Shown here piece by piece: positions 61,845-64,000 of a DNA stretch of 64,000 bases. Each line of letters begins with the position of its first letter. Positions within the stretch are counted from its first letter, which is position 1. The DNA comes from Macrostomum hystrix (lineage: Eukaryota > Animalia > Platyhelminthes): contig CATNEN010000011.1 in assembly GCA_950097015.1 (NCBI GenBank), positions 2,666,001 to 2,730,000 of the forward strand. Direction: 5' to 3'. A program made the position numbers and the translations under genes. The notes under the pieces are model-generated. The model ran no database searches, was not told the origin of the DNA, and saw only the letters and a program-made list of their open reading frames with translations.

Positions 61845-63105
61845 GTATCTGGGAAGATTCTAGAGAGGATCTGGGAAGATTCTAGAGAGGATCTGGGAAG
61901 ATTCCAGAGAGTATCTGGGAAGATTCTAGAGAGGATCTGAGAAGATTCTAGAGAGGATCTGCGAAGATTCTAGAGAGGATCTGCGAAGATTCTAGAGAGG
62001 ATCTAGGAAGATTCTAGAGAGGATCTGAGAAGATTCTAGAGAGGATCTGGGAAGATTCCAGAGAAGATCTGGGAAGATTCTAGAGAAGATCTGGGAAGAC
62101 TCTAGAGAGGATCTGCGAAGATTCTAGGGAGGATCTGCGAAGATTCTAGAGAGGCTCTGGGAAGATTTTAGACATGATCTGGGAAGATTCTAGAGAGGAT
62201 CTGCGAAGATTCTAGAGAGGATCTGGGAAGATTCTAGAGAGGATCTGAGAAGATTCCATAGAGGATCTGGGAAGATTCTAGACAGGATATGGGAAGATTC
62301 TAGAGAGGATATGCGAAGATTCCAGAGAGGATCTGGGAAGATTCTAGAGAGGATCTGCGAAGATTCTTGAGAGGCTCTGGGAAGATTCTAGAGAGGATCT
62401 AGGAAGATTCTAGAGAGGATCTGGGAAGATTCTAGACAGGATATGGGAAGATTCTAGAGAGGATCTGGGAAGATTTCAGAGAGGATCTGGGAAGATTCTA
62501 GAGAGGATCTGCGAAGATTCTAGGGAGGATCTGGGAAGATTCTAGAGAGGATCTGAGAAGATTCTAGAGAGGATCTGGGAAGATTCTAGAGAGGATCTGG
62601 GAAGATTCTAGACAGGATATGGGAAGATTCTAGAGAGGATCTGGGAAGATTCCAGAGAGGATCTGGGAAGATTCTAGAGAGGATCTGCGAAGATTCTTGA
62701 GAGGCTCTGGGAAGATTCTTGAGAGGATCTGGGAAGATTCTTGAGAGGATCTGGGAAGATTCTAGAGAGGATCTGGGAAGATTCCAGAGAGGATCTGGGA
62801 AGATTCCAGAGAGGATCTGGGAAGATTCTAGAGAGGATCTGCGAAGATTCTAGGGAGGATCTGGGAAGATTCTAGAGAGGATCTGGGAAGATTCCTGAGA
62901 GGCTTTGGGAAGATTCTAGAGAGGATCTGGGAAGATTCTAGAGAGGATCTGGGAAGATTCCTGAGAGGCTTTGGGAAGATTCTAGAGAGGATCTGTGAAT
63001 ATTCCTGAGAGGCTTTGGGAAGATTCTAGACAGGATCTGGGAAGATTTTAGCGAGAATTTGGGAAGATTCCAGAGAAATTCCAGGATGATTATAGAGAGG
63101 ATCTG
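61845..63105. repeat. Minisatellite, 22-bp unit GAAGATTCTAGAGAGGATCTGG
   Basis: Direct periodicity, ~55 copies. Confidence 0.95.
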
Positions 63106-63754
63106 AGAATATTTTATTCGGGTCAATAAAAAAATCCCTAGCCCAAATCCCATCTGTTGCAAATTTCTCCCCACAAATTTACTCATCAAAATTCCTTCTC
63201 AACCCTAGCTTTAGCTGGGCACAGCAGTTTGGACTCAGTAGATGAAAACTGTTTTTTCCCGGCAAAATGTGCAATCTCATCACCGAATCGTATCGCAAGC
63301 CAAACACCAGCCCTTCGCGCATTGCTCAACTTCAATCTGCGGTAATTGCTAGCCCCTTGGGGGTTACAGCATCATTGATTTGGCGTCATCATCGCTATAC
63401 TCGCGCATATACTCGCATACTTATGCTGTCCTATATAGCTGCATACAGCCGAATAGCAATCTGTATAGGGGCAGCGAAAAAAAATTGGATGAAAATGGAA
63501 AGGCGAAAATTAACTCAGCGAAAGCAGATGGAGGGTACGAAATTTGATTAACGACGATAATGGACTGCCGGCAGGACCGATGCTCACACTGTGCTCAAAA
63601 ACGTATTTTTGAGTCCAGTTCGACTAGCTGACTACCTCGCATTTCTTATCTGTAACTCGACAAAAATTTGTTCCTCGTATCCCCTGGTCGAAAAGAAAAG
63701 TAATGCTACTTTCAACAATCTTGCACCTGAGCTATGAGAGGAAAAAAATTCCAC

Positions 63755-63855
63755 GCTTTATTACTTCACATAGACTTTCACATAGAATTTCACATAGACT
63801 TTTCCATAGACTTTCCCATAGACTTTCACAGACTTTCACATAGAATTTCACATAG
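63755..63855. repeat. Short tandem repeat, 13-bp unit TTCACATAGACTT
   Basis: About 7 copies. Confidence 0.8.
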
Positions 63856-64000
63856 TTAAACTTAGAGAAAAGCTAAACTTATAGAATAGTTTTTAGTTAC
63901 GGCTCGTAAGAATAGTTAAACTTGAAGAAAACGAAATTTTAGATTTAAATATGTTAATACATATTTAATCATCGTAAATTATAAAATAGGCCAGGCAATT

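Noticed and set aside
63150-63660. Signal-peptide/EC1 exon of the protocadherin
   Set aside because: No frame shows cadherin motifs or a phase-2 donor; the 5' end probably lies beyond the window.

Overview
Eukaryotic (animal) genomic DNA with spliceosomal introns and no prokaryotic features. The style (short GT-AG introns, poly-Gln/Ala coding tracts, very abundant 13-41 bp minisatellites) suggests an invertebrate such as a Macrostomum-like flatworm; this is inference, not proven. By matching splice sites and reading frames by hand I reconstruct nine protein-coding genes: a compact 2-exon APC-like armadillo protein (+); a ~960-aa orphan with degenerate KH-like modules (-); a 3-exon astacin metalloprotease (-); a 4-EF-hand calmodulin-like protein (-); FAIM (-) head-to-head with a NHERF-like PDZ scaffold (+); an intronless octopamine/alpha-adrenergic-like GPCR (-); an 11-exon SLC6 amino-acid transporter (-); and a 7-EC protocadherin (-) whose first exon was not found. 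Mobile DNA comprises two tRNA-derived SINE families, an internally deleted long-TIR mariner, and a decayed Tc1/IS630-type element apparently nested in another TIR element. About 29 tandem arrays cover roughly 23 kb (~37%) of the window and produce most of the long periodic ORFs in the track, which are not genes. The most striking unexplained structure is that long introns look like ordinary ~70-250 nt introns inflated by an intron-specific minisatellite. Several of these arrays share sequence cores (TGTTAGA, GGGATCTG) or repeat splice-signal-like motifs. No CRISPR or defence-type system is present.
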